A stretch of DNA of 50,759 nt. Origin: an uncultured Lysobacterales bacterium (lineage in GTDB: Bacteria > Pseudomonadota > Gammaproteobacteria > Xanthomonadales > Ahniellaceae). The stretch's first letter is position 1, and every line of letters begins with the position of its first letter. The position numbers and the translations under genes were made by a program. The stretch lies in contig CALDVP010000066.1 of the NCBI GenBank assembly GCA_937924195.1, positions 1-50,759 on the forward strand, read 5' to 3'. The notes below the pieces were generated by a model. It did not search any database and had not been told where the DNA came from. It worked only from the letters and a program-made list of their open reading frames with translations. Positions 9,255-22,348 of the stretch are shown here, in pieces.

Positions 9255-9945
9255 AACCGGACTGTCAGAAGCCGGGACCGCAGGGACCGGCCCGCGGCCG
9301 CGCAGCTTCGTCGTCGCGCTGACCGGCGGCATCGCCGCGGGCAAGAGCGCCGTCACGACCCGACTCGAGCAGCTCGGAGTGCCCGTCTTCGATGCCGACA
9401 CGATCACCCGCGAGCTGAGTGCCCCGGGGCAGCCCGCCGCAAGGGAGATCGCCGCGCGCTTCGGGCCAAGCGTGATCACGCCCGACGGCCAGCTCGACCG
9501 GCGTGCGCTGCGCGCACGGGTCTTCGAGAACGAGACCGAACGGCACGCGCTGGAAGCCATCCTGCATCCCCGGGTGCGGGAGCGACTCGCGACGCTGGCA
9601 GCCTCGGTCACGGCACCCTACTGCGTGCTTGCGATCCCGCTGCTCGCCGAAGGCAACCGCTATCCGTGGATCGATCGGGTCGTGGTCGTCGACGCTCCAG
9701 ACGACGTCCGGCTTCGACGCCTAATGCAGCGAGATGGCATCGACGAGGCCCTCGCGCGACGGATGTTCGTGGCGCAGGCCCCGCGCACGGCCCGGCTCGC
9801 GATCGCCGACGAGGTCATCGACAACTCGGGCAACCTCGAGGACCTGCTCACGGCAACCGATGTTCTGCACCAGCGCCTGCTGGCTCTCGCGCACGCCTCG
9901 CGGCATCAGGGTCGATCCGTCGTCGCCCGGGGGGGCAGGAGCTGA
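9244..9945 (+). CDS. coaE: dephospho-CoA kinase
   Basis: P-loop VALTGGIAAGKS, FDADTI and LHPRV motifs. The only available start is TTG at 9244, which gives a 21-aa leader and an 11-nt overlap with pilD, so the start is uncertain. Confidence 0.85.
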   Translation: MPTETGLSEAGTAGTGPRPRSFVVALTGGIAAGKSAVTTRLEQLGVPVFDADTITRELSAPGQPAAREIAARFGPSVITPDGQLDRRALRARVFENETERHALEAILHPRVRERLATLAASVTAPYCVLAIPLLAEGNRYPWIDRVVVVDAPDDVRLRRLMQRDGIDEALARRMFVAQAPRTARLAIADEVIDNSGNLEDLLTATDVLHQRLLALAHASRHQGRSVVARGGRS

Positions 9946-9954
9946 AACCCGACG

Positions 9955-10899
9955 TCAACCGGTGAAGCCCCGGATCCCCGCGACACCGAATCCGCCGCAC
10001 GCCCTGGCCCGCCCGAGGTCGAGCGGGCCTACCCCGCCCAGCGCATAGGCTGGCAGCGGCGATCGTCGCGCCAGTCGCTCGAAGCCCTCCCATCCGAGCA
10101 CCCGGATTCCCGGGTGCGTCGGCGTTGGTGCAACCGGCGAGACCAGCACGGCGTCGCAGCCGATACGAACGGCCGCGAGCAACTCGACGATGTCGTGACA
10201 GGCTGCGGTAAGCAACCGACTCGGGGACAGTGGGCGCGTATCCAGCTCGCGCACGCGCGCTGCTGGCAGGTGAACGCCATCGAGGCCGAGGTCGTCGGCC
10301 AACTTCGGATCGCCGTGGCCAAGAACGCGGACCCCAAGTGGTCGGCAACGCGCAAGCGCCGCGCGCGCGGTGGCAGCGAATGCCGCCCGATCGAGCCGGG
10401 GCAGGCGCAACATGACGAGGCGAGCACCGCGCCCCATGGCGGCGTCAATGGCCCGCAGCGCAAGCCTTGCATCGTCGACGTCGGGGGTGATTGCGATGGA
10501 CCTCGGCAGGTCGACCGCCACCGCGAGCGGACGATCCGGGATCAGCCAGTCGAGTTCCGCCAGCCCTGCGCTCGCAACCCAACCCAGCGGCTGGCCTTCG
10601 CGAGCGCACGGGACGCCCCGCCAGGCACGGTCGACAAGCCACGCATCGAGCAGCGCATCGTGCCTGCCGAGGGCGAAGGGAACCCGATGCAGAGGCGTCG
10701 CCGATAGCACCTCGACATCGATTTCCTCGGCGAGCTCCCGGCACAGTGCGTCGAAAGGGCGCTCGCCCGGCTCGCACTTGCCACCCGGGAACTCCCAGCA
10801 AAGTCGGCCGTCTGCACGGCGCCCGGCAACCAGCCAGAGACCCCGCTCGTCGCGTAAGACGCCGCAGACGACGTGCAGCCGATCCGGGTGCTCCGGCAT
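9955..10899 (-). CDS. Nudix (MutT-like) hydrolase fused to a thiamine-phosphate-synthase-like (ThiE-like) domain
   Basis: ORF 9955..11028(-) trimmed to the ATG at 10897-10899 (MPEHPDRLHVV...); the longer form would overlap the secA 3' end. Nudix box GGKCEPGERPFDALCRELAEEIDV. C-terminal about 170 aa is TIM-barrel-like (GLDGVHL, ACHD, YALGGV). Confidence 0.8.
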   Translation of the reverse strand: MPEHPDRLHVVCGVLRDERGLWLVAGRRADGRLCWEFPGGKCEPGERPFDALCRELAEEIDVEVLSATPLHRVPFALGRHDALLDAWLVDRAWRGVPCAREGQPLGWVASAGLAELDWLIPDRPLAVAVDLPRSIAITPDVDDARLALRAIDAAMGRGARLVMLRLPRLDRAAFAATARAALARCRPLGVRVLGHGDPKLADDLGLDGVHLPAARVRELDTRPLSPSRLLTAACHDIVELLAAVRIGCDAVLVSPVAPTPTHPGIRVLGWEGFERLARRSPLPAYALGGVGPLDLGRARACGGFGVAGIRGFTG

Positions 10900-10945
10900 C
10901 AGGCCCGTCCCGCGTGGCGAAGCGACACGGGCTTGGAACGGTTGC

Positions 10946-13690
<2,745 letters not shown>

Positions 13691-13856
13691 GGAGGATCCG
13701 GGAAAGGAACGAAAAAGAGCGGCCGCCGATTCTAGCCGTGCGCCGCGTCCGCGATCCGGTCGCGCCGCTGCCCGTTAAGCCGGCGCGGGACTTCGGTGTT
13801 GGGGGCCGCGGGCTCCGGATTCAAGCAACCCGAGGAACCGAAGCGGGCGCGGCCGA

Positions 13857-14786
13857 TCAGCGGATCGCGGCGAGGTACTCGGAGGGATTTACCAGACGGC
13901 CGTTCTGCCAGACCTCGAAGTGTACGTGGACCCCGGACGCGCGCCCGGAATTGCCCATGGTCGCGATCACGTCGCCGGGTCGGACCGGGTCGCCGACATC
14001 GACCTTGTTGCGATCGTTGTGCGCGTAACGGGTCATGTAGCCGTTGCCGTGGTCGATCTCGACCACGCGTCCATAGCCGGGCTTGGTGCCCGAGAACGAG
14101 ACCACGCCACCGGCGACGGCGAGGATCTCGGAGCCGCGCGGTCCCGCGAAGTCGACGCCGCCGTGGAACTCGGGGCGTCCGGTGAACGGATCCGTGCGGC
14201 GTCCGAAGCCGGAAGACATGTAGCCGATCCGGACCGGGATGCCGGCCGGTTGGAGCGTGCGCTCGACCTCACGCTCGAAGAGAACCGTCTCGAGCAGCCG
14301 CAACTGCTCACCTTGTCGGCTCAGCGCCGACTCGAGATCGTCGAGCGCCTTGCCGACGTCTTCGCGCCGTGGAGCTCCCACCAGTGTCGGGCGTTCCGGT
14401 CCGCCCACGGCCGGCGGCTGGGTGAAATCGAACTCGCCATCCTCGAGCTTGCCGATGCGCGCGAGTCGCTGCCCCAGCGCGTTGAGGCGAGTCGACTCCG
14501 CCTGCAGCCGGCCGAGACGCAGCGCCAGGGCATCCATGTCGCGGCGCACCCGCTGTTGCGCATCGGCGAGTTCACGCGCCTGCTCGGCGAGGTGGGTTCG
14601 TGCTGCGGCTAGCTCTGCGCGGGCCAACGCCGGGCCACCGAGTGTGGCCCCGAGCACGACCCCCAGGCCGACGAGAAGGCCAACAGAGACGGCCGCACCA
14701 AGGCCCAGCAACAGCAAGGGGCGTTTGGTCTCGAGGCGGAAGGAGCGCGGCGCACTGCCTGGGCGGCCAACGATAATGATGTTCAT
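13857..14786 (-). CDS. M23-family murein endopeptidase with N-terminal TM anchor and coiled coil
   Basis: 309 aa with one TM helix and a long Ala/Leu/Arg-rich coiled-coil region. LytM motifs HGGVDF, YAHND, GVHVHFEV. Confidence 0.85.
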   Translation of the reverse strand: MNIIIVGRPGSAPRSFRLETKRPLLLLGLGAAVSVGLLVGLGVVLGATLGGPALARAELAAARTHLAEQARELADAQQRVRRDMDALALRLGRLQAESTRLNALGQRLARIGKLEDGEFDFTQPPAVGGPERPTLVGAPRREDVGKALDDLESALSRQGEQLRLLETVLFEREVERTLQPAGIPVRIGYMSSGFGRRTDPFTGRPEFHGGVDFAGPRGSEILAVAGGVVSFSGTKPGYGRVVEIDHGNGYMTRYAHNDRNKVDVGDPVRPGDVIATMGNSGRASGVHVHFEVWQNGRLVNPSEYLAAIR

Positions 14787-14810
14787 GCGATCTCCGATCC
14801 TGGACCTGCC

Positions 14811-15242
14811 ATGACCCGGAACTCCTCCCTTCCCCCGGCCGCGCGGGGACCCGCGCGCCTCGGCCTCGACTCACCGGCCATCGACCGCATTGCTGCGAAG
14901 GCCGCCTATCTCGACCTCCTCGACGCCCTGCTCCGCTCGACGCTGCCTTCGGGCCTGGCGGCCAACTGCCGACTCGCGAACGTCCGCAGCGGGCGCCTGG
15001 TCTGGCTGGTCACCGATGCCGCGGCGGGGGTCCGCCTCCGGCAACGGTTCCCTGAACTCGAGCGACTCGCCTCCGGCGAGACCGGCCAGCCCATCGACGG
15101 CTCGGTTCTCCGGATCGCCTTGCCAGAGCGCGGATTCTCACCGCCGAGGGAACCTTCGGCGGCCGAACGTGAGCACATGCTCCGGCTGGCAAGCCTCCTT
15201 GGCATGGACGCCGCGTCCGATTCCCGCTCCGGATGCGATTGA
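14811..15242 (+). CDS. DUF721/DciA-like protein (putative replicative-helicase operator)
   Basis: 143 aa with good GC3 coding bias. The core CRLANVRSGRLVWLVTDAAAGVRLRQRFPEL resembles DUF721 proteins found between lpxC and secA in non-enteric gammaproteobacteria. Assigned from memory of the family, not from a search. Confidence 0.5.
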   Translation: MTRNSSLPPAARGPARLGLDSPAIDRIAAKAAYLDLLDALLRSTLPSGLAANCRLANVRSGRLVWLVTDAAAGVRLRQRFPELERLASGETGQPIDGSVLRIALPERGFSPPREPSAAEREHMLRLASLLGMDAASDSRSGCD

Positions 15243-15332
15243 GCACGCCGCGGCGGTCGTTCGGAGCATCGCCCCCGGCCAGCTTCCTGCCGACCACCTG
15301 ATTGTCGTGGCCTGATTCCCCCCCTTTCCCCT

Positions 15333-16244
15333 TCAGATCGCCTGCGCCGGATGCGCGTACGAGATTGGCGCACTGGCAGGGTCGTCGAAGGTCACTTCTT
15401 CCCAGGCGCTGCGGTCCGCGACGAGCGATCGCAGCAACTGATTGTTCAACTTGTGCCCCGACTTGTGACCGTAGAAGGCCCCGATCAAGCTGTGACCCAG
15501 CAGGTAGAGATCACCGATCGCGTCGAGGATCTTGTGCTTGACGAACTCGTCCTCGTAGCGGAGCCCGTCCTCATTGAGGACACGGTAGTCGTCGAGAACG
15601 ATCGCGTTGTCCATGCTGCCGCCGAGCGCGAGGTTGCGCTCGCGCAGCCATTCGATCTCGCGCATGAAACCGAAGGTCCGGGCACGGCTGACTTCCTTCA
15701 CGAAGGAAGTGGTCGAAAAGTCGATCTCGGCGCTGGAGATCCGGCGGTCGAAGAGCGGGTGGTCGAACTCGATCGTGAAGCCGACCTTGAATCCCTCGAA
15801 GGGGTCGAAACGGGCCCACTTCTCTTCGTCACGGACGATGATCGACTTCTTGATGCGGATGAATCGCTTGGCCACCGGCTGCTCGTCGATCCCCGCCGAC
15901 TGGAGCAGGAAGACGAACGGCCCCGCGCTCCCGTCCATGATCGGCACTTCGGCCGCGGACAGGTCGACGTAGGCGTTGTCGATGCCAAGGCCGGCCATCG
16001 CCGAGAGCAGGTGTTCGACCGTCGAGACTCGGACGCCGTCCTTCACCAGCGTCGTCGACATGCTGGTCTCGCCGACCAGCTCGCAGCAGGCCTTGATCTC
16101 GACCGGCTCGGGGAGGTCGACCCGGCGGAAGACGATGCCGGTGTCCGGCCGCGCGGGTCGCAGCGTCATGTAGATCTTCTCGCCGGTGTGGATGCCGACG
16201 CCTGTCGCACGAATGACATTTTTCAGCGTGCGCTGCTTGATCAT
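15333..16244 (-). CDS. lpxC: UDP-3-O-acyl-N-acetylglucosamine deacetylase
   Basis: ORF 15333..16553(-) trimmed to the ATG at 16242-16244 ([31 protein letters not shown]), giving 303 aa. Canonical LpxC N-terminus and HHxxxH-type region ([10 protein letters not shown]). Confidence 0.95.
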   Translation of the reverse strand: MIKQRTLKNVIRATGVGIHTGEKIYMTLRPARPDTGIVFRRVDLPEPVEIKACCELVGETSMSTTLVKDGVRVSTVEHLLSAMAGLGIDNAYVDLSAAEVPIMDGSAGPFVFLLQSAGIDEQPVAKRFIRIKKSIIVRDEEKWARFDPFEGFKVGFTIEFDHPLFDRRISSAEIDFSTTSFVKEVSRARTFGFMREIEWLRERNLALGGSMDNAIVLDDYRVLNEDGLRYEDEFVKHKILDAIGDLYLLGHSLIGAFYGHKSGHKLNNQLLRSLVADRSAWEEVTFDDPASAPISYAHPAQAI

Positions 16245-16642
16245 GGAGCGAGCTTCCCCGGGATCGCCGGACAAAGATGGCCGAAAGATAACACAGCACC
16301 CGGGTTCGGCAAGGGCTTCGGCGCAGAAAAGCCACAGGTTTGTTGCTTTATCACAACATGTTGTGGCCACCTGCGGCACGGCTCCGCCCCTGTCACCGGG
16401 GCCGAAAAGCACCGCGTCGATGATGGCCACGGGATTCCGGATTGCGCCCCGGCGGCGGGGATGGGTTCCGCCACCGACGCGCAGCACGTCCAGAGCACGG
16501 CGCGGTCGTGCCGCCGCGCCCCGGGCCAATGCACCGGGTCGAGTGCCCGCCACCTGGCAGATCGGCCCGGAGGCCGCGCATCCGGCGCGACCGTCCGAGT
16601 CGTGACCTGACCGGCGCTCCGCCGGTCGGGCGGGCCGCGGGC

Positions 16643-17860
16643 TCAGTCGGCCTGGCGACGCAGGAAGGCCGGGATGTTCAGGTATTCGTCGTCGCGGCTG
16701 GCCGGATCCGTGGACGCTTCGGGAACAGCTGGCATCGCCACGGCGGCGGCAGCCCCACCCCGGAGGAAACTCGGGCGCGGCGCCATCCGCGGCGTCGGCT
16801 CGGCCGCCGGGGTCGCCGCGCCGCTGTTGACCAGCCGCACGCCGACCGGACGCTCGGCGCCCGCGTTGAGCTCGCGGGTCGGGACCGGCGTGCGCACCGC
16901 GCCTGGGCGGTTGAGGCCCGTCGCCACCACGGTCACCCGGACCTCTTCCTGCAGGTTCGGGTCGAGCACCGTGCCGATGACGACGTTGGCGTCGTCGCTG
17001 GCGAAGCCTTCGACGGTCCGGCCGATCTCCTCGAACTCGCGCATCGAGAAGTTCGACCCGGCGGTGATGTTGACCAGGATCCCGCAGGCGCCGCTCAGGT
17101 TGATCTCGTCGAGCAACGGGTTCGAGATCGCAGCCTCGGCGGCGGCCAGCGCGCGGTCGTCGCCGCGCCCGGTGCCGGTTCCCATCATCGCGAGACCCAT
17201 CTCGGACATCACGGTGCGCACGTCGGCGAAGTCCACGTTGATGAGGCCAGGACGCGTGATCAGGTCGGCGATGCCCTGCACCGCGCCGCGCAGCACGTCA
17301 TCGGCAGCCCGGAAAGCCGACAGGAAGTTGGCCTCGCGGCCGAGCACGGTCAGCAGCTTCTCGTTCGGGATCGTGATCAACGAGTCGACGTGATGGGACA
17401 GCTCCTCGATGCCCTTCATCGCCACCTGCATCCGCCGCCGTCCCTCGAACGGGAAGGGCTTGGTCACGACCGCGACGGTCAGCACGCCCATTTCCCGCGC
17501 GAGCTGGGCGACCACCGGCGCCGCGCCGGTGCCGGTGCCACCGCCCATGCCGGCGGCGATGAACACCATGTCGCTGCCCTTCAGCACTTCGCAGATTCGC
17601 TCCCGGTCCTCGAGCGCGGCCTGGCGACCGACCTCGGGATTCGCGCCGGCACCGAGTCCCTTGGTGACGTGAGCCCCGATCTGCAGCACCTGCTTCGCCG
17701 GGCTCTGCGCGATGGCCTGCGAGTCGGTGTTGGCGACGATGAACTCGACGCCGTCGATGTTGCCGTTGACCATGTGGTTGACGGCGTTGTTGCCGCCGCC
17801 GCCGACACCGATCACCTTGATCACCGCGTTCGTCGCCGGTGTTTCCATGAAGTTGAACAT
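16643..17860 (-). CDS. ftsZ: cell division GTPase
   Basis: ORF trimmed to the ATG at 17858-17860 ([27 protein letters not shown]), with GGAGGA 8 nt upstream. Tubulin signature [11 protein letters not shown]. Conserved C-terminal peptide [15 protein letters not shown]. Confidence 0.95.
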   Translation of the reverse strand: MFNFMETPATNAVIKVIGVGGGGNNAVNHMVNGNIDGVEFIVANTDSQAIAQSPAKQVLQIGAHVTKGLGAGANPEVGRQAALEDRERICEVLKGSDMVFIAAGMGGGTGTGAAPVVAQLAREMGVLTVAVVTKPFPFEGRRRMQVAMKGIEELSHHVDSLITIPNEKLLTVLGREANFLSAFRAADDVLRGAVQGIADLITRPGLINVDFADVRTVMSEMGLAMMGTGTGRGDDRALAAAEAAISNPLLDEINLSGACGILVNITAGSNFSMREFEEIGRTVEGFASDDANVVIGTVLDPNLQEEVRVTVVATGLNRPGAVRTPVPTRELNAGAERPVGVRLVNSGAATPAAEPTPRMAPRPSFLRGGAAAAVAMPAVPEASTDPASRDDEYLNIPAFLRRQAD

Positions 17861-17948
17861 CGTTCCCATCCTCCGTGCCGTGGTTGTGGTGTTGCGTTGA
17901 TGAACCCCGTGACACCTGCCTTCATCCGAACCGGCAGGCAGCGCCGTC

Positions 17949-19196
17949 CTAGAACTCGCCGTTGATGAACCGCCGCATCCGGTCGAACAGCGATCCGACC
18001 GGGCCCGCGACCGGCGGCGTGCTGGCACGCGTGCGCGCCACCTGCTGGCTCCCGTACAGCAGCAGGCCGACACCGGTAGCGTGGATTTCGTTCGCGACCA
18101 CGCCGGAAAGGCCGGTGAAGCCCTGTGGCAGACCGAGCCGCACCGGCATGTGGAACATCTCCTCGGCCAGTTCGACGAGCCCCTCCATCTTCGAACCGCC
18201 GCCGGTCAGCACCACGCCGGCCGCGATCAGCTCCTCGTAGCCGGATCGCCGCAGCTCGGCCTGCACCATCTCGAAGATCTCCTCGTAGCGTTTCTGCACC
18301 ACCTCGGCCAGCATCTGGCGCTGCAGGCGACGGGGCGGCCGGTCGCCGACGCTCGAGACCTCGATCGTCTCCTCGGCCCGGGCAAGGTCCGCGATTGCGC
18401 AGGCGTAACGGACCTTGATCTCCTCGGCGAACGGCGTCGGCGTGCGGAAGGCGAAGGCGATGTCGTTGGTGACCTGATCGCCGCCGACCCCAAGCGAGGC
18501 CGAGTGGCGGATCGCACCCTGGGTGAAGACCGCGATGTCGGTCGTGCCGGCGCCGATGTCGACCAGCGCGACCCCCAGATCCTTCTCGTCCTGGGTCAGC
18601 ACCGCGTGGCTCGATGCCAGCGGCTGCAGGATGAGTGCGTCGACCGCGAGGCCGCAGCGAGTGATGCACTTCGCGATGTTCTGCTCGGCGCTGGTGGCGC
18701 CGGTGACGAGGTGGACGCGCGCCTCGAGTCGGATGCCGCTCATGCCGATCGGATGGCGAATGCCCTCCTGATCGTCGATGACGTATTCCTGCGGCAGCAC
18801 ATGCAGGATGCGCTGATCGGCCGGGATCGGCACCGCGCGCGCCGCATCGAGGACGCGCTCGATGTCGCCCTGCATGACTTCCTTGTCGCGGATCGCGACC
18901 ACGCCGTTCGAGTTCATGCTTTTGACGTGGCTGCCAGAGATCCCGGCGAAGACCGAGCGGATCTGGCACTCGGCCATCATCTCGGCCTCCTCGACGGCGC
19001 GCCGAATCGACTGCACGGTGGATTCGATGTCGACGACGACGCCGCGCTTCATTCCTTTCGATGCGTGACTGCCGAGTCCGATCACCTCGATCGGTTCGCC
19101 CGGCACGTACTCGCCCACCATCGCCACGACCTTCGAGGTCCCGATATCGAGGCCGACGACCAGCTGCTTGGGCTCGGGTCTGCGGGTCATGTTCAT
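17949..19196 (-). CDS. ftsA: cell division protein FtsA (actin-like ATPase)
   Basis: ORF trimmed to the ATG at 19194-19196, which forms an ATGA overlap with the ftsQ stop. LVVGLDIGTSKVVAMVGE phosphate-1 motif, DIGAGTTDIAV. An alternative ATG lies 2 codons downstream. Confidence 0.95.
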   Translation of the reverse strand: MNMTRRPEPKQLVVGLDIGTSKVVAMVGEYVPGEPIEVIGLGSHASKGMKRGVVVDIESTVQSIRRAVEEAEMMAECQIRSVFAGISGSHVKSMNSNGVVAIRDKEVMQGDIERVLDAARAVPIPADQRILHVLPQEYVIDDQEGIRHPIGMSGIRLEARVHLVTGATSAEQNIAKCITRCGLAVDALILQPLASSHAVLTQDEKDLGVALVDIGAGTTDIAVFTQGAIRHSASLGVGGDQVTNDIAFAFRTPTPFAEEIKVRYACAIADLARAEETIEVSSVGDRPPRRLQRQMLAEVVQKRYEEIFEMVQAELRRSGYEELIAAGVVLTGGGSKMEGLVELAEEMFHMPVRLGLPQGFTGLSGVVANEIHATGVGLLLYGSQQVARTRASTPPVAGPVGSLFDRMRRFINGEF

Positions 19197-19981
19197 GCGT
19201 CGGCACCGGGCATCGGGGGAAAGGCCGGCGGAATCGGCGGTGGAGGGGGTGGTGACGCCGGACGCCATGAGAGGGCGAAGCCGTTCGCGTAGCGCAGGTC
19301 CGCCCGCGTCCAGCGCAGTCCAGGCCGCGGTGGCTGCGCCTCCGGCAGCGAGGCCAGGAAGCGATCGAGGCGCGCCTCGAGGTCCTCGCGGCCGAGCCGG
19401 ATCAGGACCCCATCGGCAAGCTCGAGGTCGACGCCGCCGCGCGGGGACACGCGCACGCCGATCAGATCGAGGCCCGCGAGTTCCAGGCGAGGAGCCAGTC
19501 CTAGTGCCAACGCGAGCACCTCGGGTGCCCGCTCGTCCGGCCCACGAAGGTCCGGTAGGCCTTCGATCGCCTCGTCGCCGGGCACGTCGAAGATGCGTCC
19601 CTCGACGTCCACCAGCCGATCGCCATTCCAGCGCGCCGCGACCTCGAACTCATGGATGCGGACCTCGATCGTGTCCGGCCACCGCTTGCGGACCTCGGCT
19701 CCCGCGACCCACGGCACGCGCTCGACCGCTTCGCGCGCCGCGCCGAGGTCCACGGCGAAGAAACCCGGCTCGAGGGTCGGCACGATCGCCGCGCGCACCG
19801 CATCGACGTCCACCTTGCGGAAATCCGCATCGACCCGGAGTTGGCGGAATGGCCACTGGCCCGCGCCGATCCAGCCATTGACCACCGCGACCATCGGCAG
19901 CGCGACCACGCCGAGCGCGGCCAGCCAGGCCACCACCTTGACCACGAAGTGGCCTCTGGTACCGGCGCGCGCGGCGCTCAT
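19193..19981 (-). CDS. ftsQ: cell division protein FtsQ
   Basis: ORF trimmed to the ATG at 19979-19981 (ATGA overlap with the ddl stop). 262 aa: short cytoplasmic tail, one TM helix ([22 protein letters not shown]), POTRA-like region. Position between ddl and ftsA. Confidence 0.85.
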   Translation of the reverse strand: MSAARAGTRGHFVVKVVAWLAALGVVALPMVAVVNGWIGAGQWPFRQLRVDADFRKVDVDAVRAAIVPTLEPGFFAVDLGAAREAVERVPWVAGAEVRKRWPDTIEVRIHEFEVAARWNGDRLVDVEGRIFDVPGDEAIEGLPDLRGPDERAPEVLALALGLAPRLELAGLDLIGVRVSPRGGVDLELADGVLIRLGREDLEARLDRFLASLPEAQPPRPGLRWTRADLRYANGFALSWRPASPPPPPPIPPAFPPMPGADA

Positions 19982-20910
19982 CGGCGGTCCTCCCGGAGGC
20001 TGGTCTCGAGGATGCGCCAGCACAGCGAGGGGAAGTCGATCCCCACCGCGGCCGCCGCCTTGGGGACCAGGCTGTGGCTGGTCATGCCCGGGGTCGTGTT
20101 GACCTCGAGCAGCCACAGACCGCCAGCCCGGTCACGCATCACGTCGACGCGCCCCCAACCCGTGCAGCCGGCCGCATGGAAGGCCTCGAGCGCGAGCGCC
20201 CGGAGTTCCGCCTCGGCGGCGCCGTCGAGTCCCGGACACAGATACTGCGTGTCCTCCGCGACGTACTTCGCGTGCCAGTCGTAGTACCCGCCGGCCGGCA
20301 CGATCCTGATGGATGGAAGCGCGTCCCCGTCGAGGATCGCGACCGTCAGCTCGTCGCCCTCGATCAGACGCTCGACCAGCAGCATCGCGTCGTAGCGTGC
20401 CGCGGTGGCGAACGCGGTCGACAGCTCGGCCGGCGAGCGCACCCGGCTCACGCCGACGCTGGAGCCCTCGTGGGCGGGCTTGACCACGACCGGCAACCCG
20501 AGCGCAGCGACCAGCGCGGAAGCGTCGTCGCCAGGCCGGCAGACGACGAACTCGGGCGTCGGAAGCCCGCACGCGATCCAGACCTGCTTGGTGCGGATCT
20601 TGTCCATCGACAGCGCCGAACCGAGCACGCCCGAACCCGTATAAGGGATCCGCAACGCCTCGAGCGCACCTTGCAGCACGCCGTCCTCGCCACCGCGGCC
20701 ATGCAGGATGTTGAACACGCGCGCGAAGTGACCGCCGCGGATGGCGTCGAGCAGGGCGGTCACGCCATCGACCGGATGCGCGTCGACGCCGCGAGCGCGC
20801 AGTGCCTCGAGCACGTTGCGGCCGGAGTCGAGCGAGACGGCTCGCTCGGCGCTGTCGCCGCCCATCACGACCGCGACCCGGCCGAACGCGAGCGGGTCAG
20901 TGATTCGCAT
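19978..20910 (-). CDS. ddl: D-alanine--D-alanine ligase
   Basis: ORF trimmed to the ATG at 20908-20910 ([30 protein letters not shown]), giving 310 aa with an ATP-grasp fold. 14-nt overlap with the murC 3' end. Confidence 0.93.
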   Translation of the reverse strand: MRITDPLAFGRVAVVMGGDSAERAVSLDSGRNVLEALRARGVDAHPVDGVTALLDAIRGGHFARVFNILHGRGGEDGVLQGALEALRIPYTGSGVLGSALSMDKIRTKQVWIACGLPTPEFVVCRPGDDASALVAALGLPVVVKPAHEGSSVGVSRVRSPAELSTAFATAARYDAMLLVERLIEGDELTVAILDGDALPSIRIVPAGGYYDWHAKYVAEDTQYLCPGLDGAAEAELRALALEAFHAAGCTGWGRVDVMRDRAGGLWLLEVNTTPGMTSHSLVPKAAAAVGIDFPSLCWRILETSLREDRR

Positions 20911-22348
20911 CGTCAGCCCCCGTTGAAGCGCCGCCGGTTTCCGCGAGCGAAACCGCGACCTGGCCGATGTCGCCGGCCCCCATGACGAGTACGAGGTCGC
21001 GATCGCACAGGATCGGCGCGAAGGTAGCCGGCACGTCCGCCGCCCGGCGCACCAGCACCGGGTCGACGCGGCCACGCGAGCGGATCGCGCGCGCGAGCGC
21101 TTTGCCGTCGGCGCCGGCAATCGGCGCCTCGCCCGCCGGATAGACGTCGGTCAGCACCAGCACGTCGACGGTCGACAGCACCTCGGCGAACTCGTCGAGC
21201 AGGTCGCGGGTGCGCGTGTAGCGGTGCGGCTGGAAGGCGACCACCAGGCGTCGGTCCGGCCAGCCGCCGCGGGCCGCCGCGAACACCGCCTCGAGCTCCC
21301 GCGGGTGATGGCCATAGTCGTCGAACAGCAGCGCGCGTCCGCCGTCGGCGGTCGGCAGGGAGCCGCGCGCGTGAAAGCGACGACCGACGCCACGGAATCC
21401 GGCCAGCGCGCGGGTGATCGTTGCTGCGTCGGCACCAAGCTGCCAGCCCACCGCCGCCGCCGCCAGCGCATTGAGGACGTTGTGGCGCCCTGGCAAGGCC
21501 AGGGTCGTCGGCACCGGATCGTGGCCGGGCAAGGCCAGATCGAAACGCATCGTTGGGCCTTCCTGGCGAATCGCGGTCGCGCGCACGTCGGCGGCCGGCG
21601 ACTCGCCGTAGGTCATCACGTTGCGCGGCGTCGCGGCCGCGAGTTCCGCCGTGACCGGATCGTCGAGGCACAGCACCGCCAGCCCGTAGAACGGCAGGTG
21701 ATGCAGGAACTCGGCGAAAGCCTCCCGGACCCTTCCGAAGTCCCCACCGTAGTTCTCGAGGTGGTCGGTATCGATGTTGGTGACGACGGCCAGAGTCGGT
21801 TGCAGCAGCAAAAAGGAGCCATCGCTCTCGTCGGCCTCGGCGACGAGGAATCGACCCTGGCCGAGGCGCGCGTTGGCTCCGGATGCATTGAGCTGACCCC
21901 CGATCACGTAAGTGGGATCGAGCCCGGCCTCGCCGAGCACGTGGGCGACCAGGCTCGTCGTCGTGGTCTTGCCGTGCGTGCCGGCGACCGCGATGCCGGT
22001 ACGGAAGCGCATCAGCTCACCGAGCATCTCGGCCCGCGGCACCACCGGGATCCGTCGCGCACGCGCCGCGCGAAGCTCCGGGTTGTCCGCACGGATCGCC
22101 GCCGAGACGACCAGGACGTCGGCATCGGCCACGTTGACAGCGGCATGTCCGCGGTATACCCGGACGCCCGCTGCCGCGAGCCGGCGCGTGGTGGCGTTGT
22201 CGGCGAGATCGGATCCGGAGACGGCGTACCCGAGCGTCGCCAGCACCTCGGCGATCCCACTCATGCCGACGCCGCCGACGCCGACGAAGTGGACGCGCGA
22301 GTAAGCGCGCATCAGGTCGGGGTAGTCGGCGAGACGGCGCAGGCTCAT
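20897..22348 (-). CDS. murC: UDP-N-acetylmuramate--L-alanine ligase
   Basis: ORF trimmed to the ATG at 22346-22348 (ATGA overlap with the murG stop). [17 protein letters not shown] and [10 protein letters not shown] motifs. 483 aa. Confidence 0.95.
   Translation of the reverse strand: MSLRRLADYPDLMRAYSRVHFVGVGGVGMSGIAEVLATLGYAVSGSDLADNATTRRLAAAGVRVYRGHAAVNVADADVLVVSAAIRADNPELRAARARRIPVVPRAEMLGELMRFRTGIAVAGTHGKTTTTSLVAHVLGEAGLDPTYVIGGQLNASGANARLGQGRFLVAEADESDGSFLLLQPTLAVVTNIDTDHLENYGGDFGRVREAFAEFLHHLPFYGLAVLCLDDPVTAELAAATPRNVMTYGESPAADVRATAIRQEGPTMRFDLALPGHDPVPTTLALPGRHNVLNALAAAAVGWQLGADAATITRALAGFRGVGRRFHARGSLPTADGGRALLFDDYGHHPRELEAVFAAARGGWPDRRLVVAFQPHRYTRTRDLLDEFAEVLSTVDVLVLTDVYPAGEAPIAGADGKALARAIRSRGRVDPVLVRRAADVPATFAPILCDRDLVLVMGAGDIGQVAVSLAETGGASTGADDANH

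Noticed and set aside
16241-16534. 97-codon minus-strand ORF ending in an ATGA with the lpxC start
   Set aside because: It was not reported as a feature. Despite high GC3 in its first half, the product has 7 Cys, 4 Trp, 13 Pro and no hydrophobic core or helices, so it looks non-biological. The second half runs through the AT-rich regulatory island. It is kept only as a note in the spacer finding.
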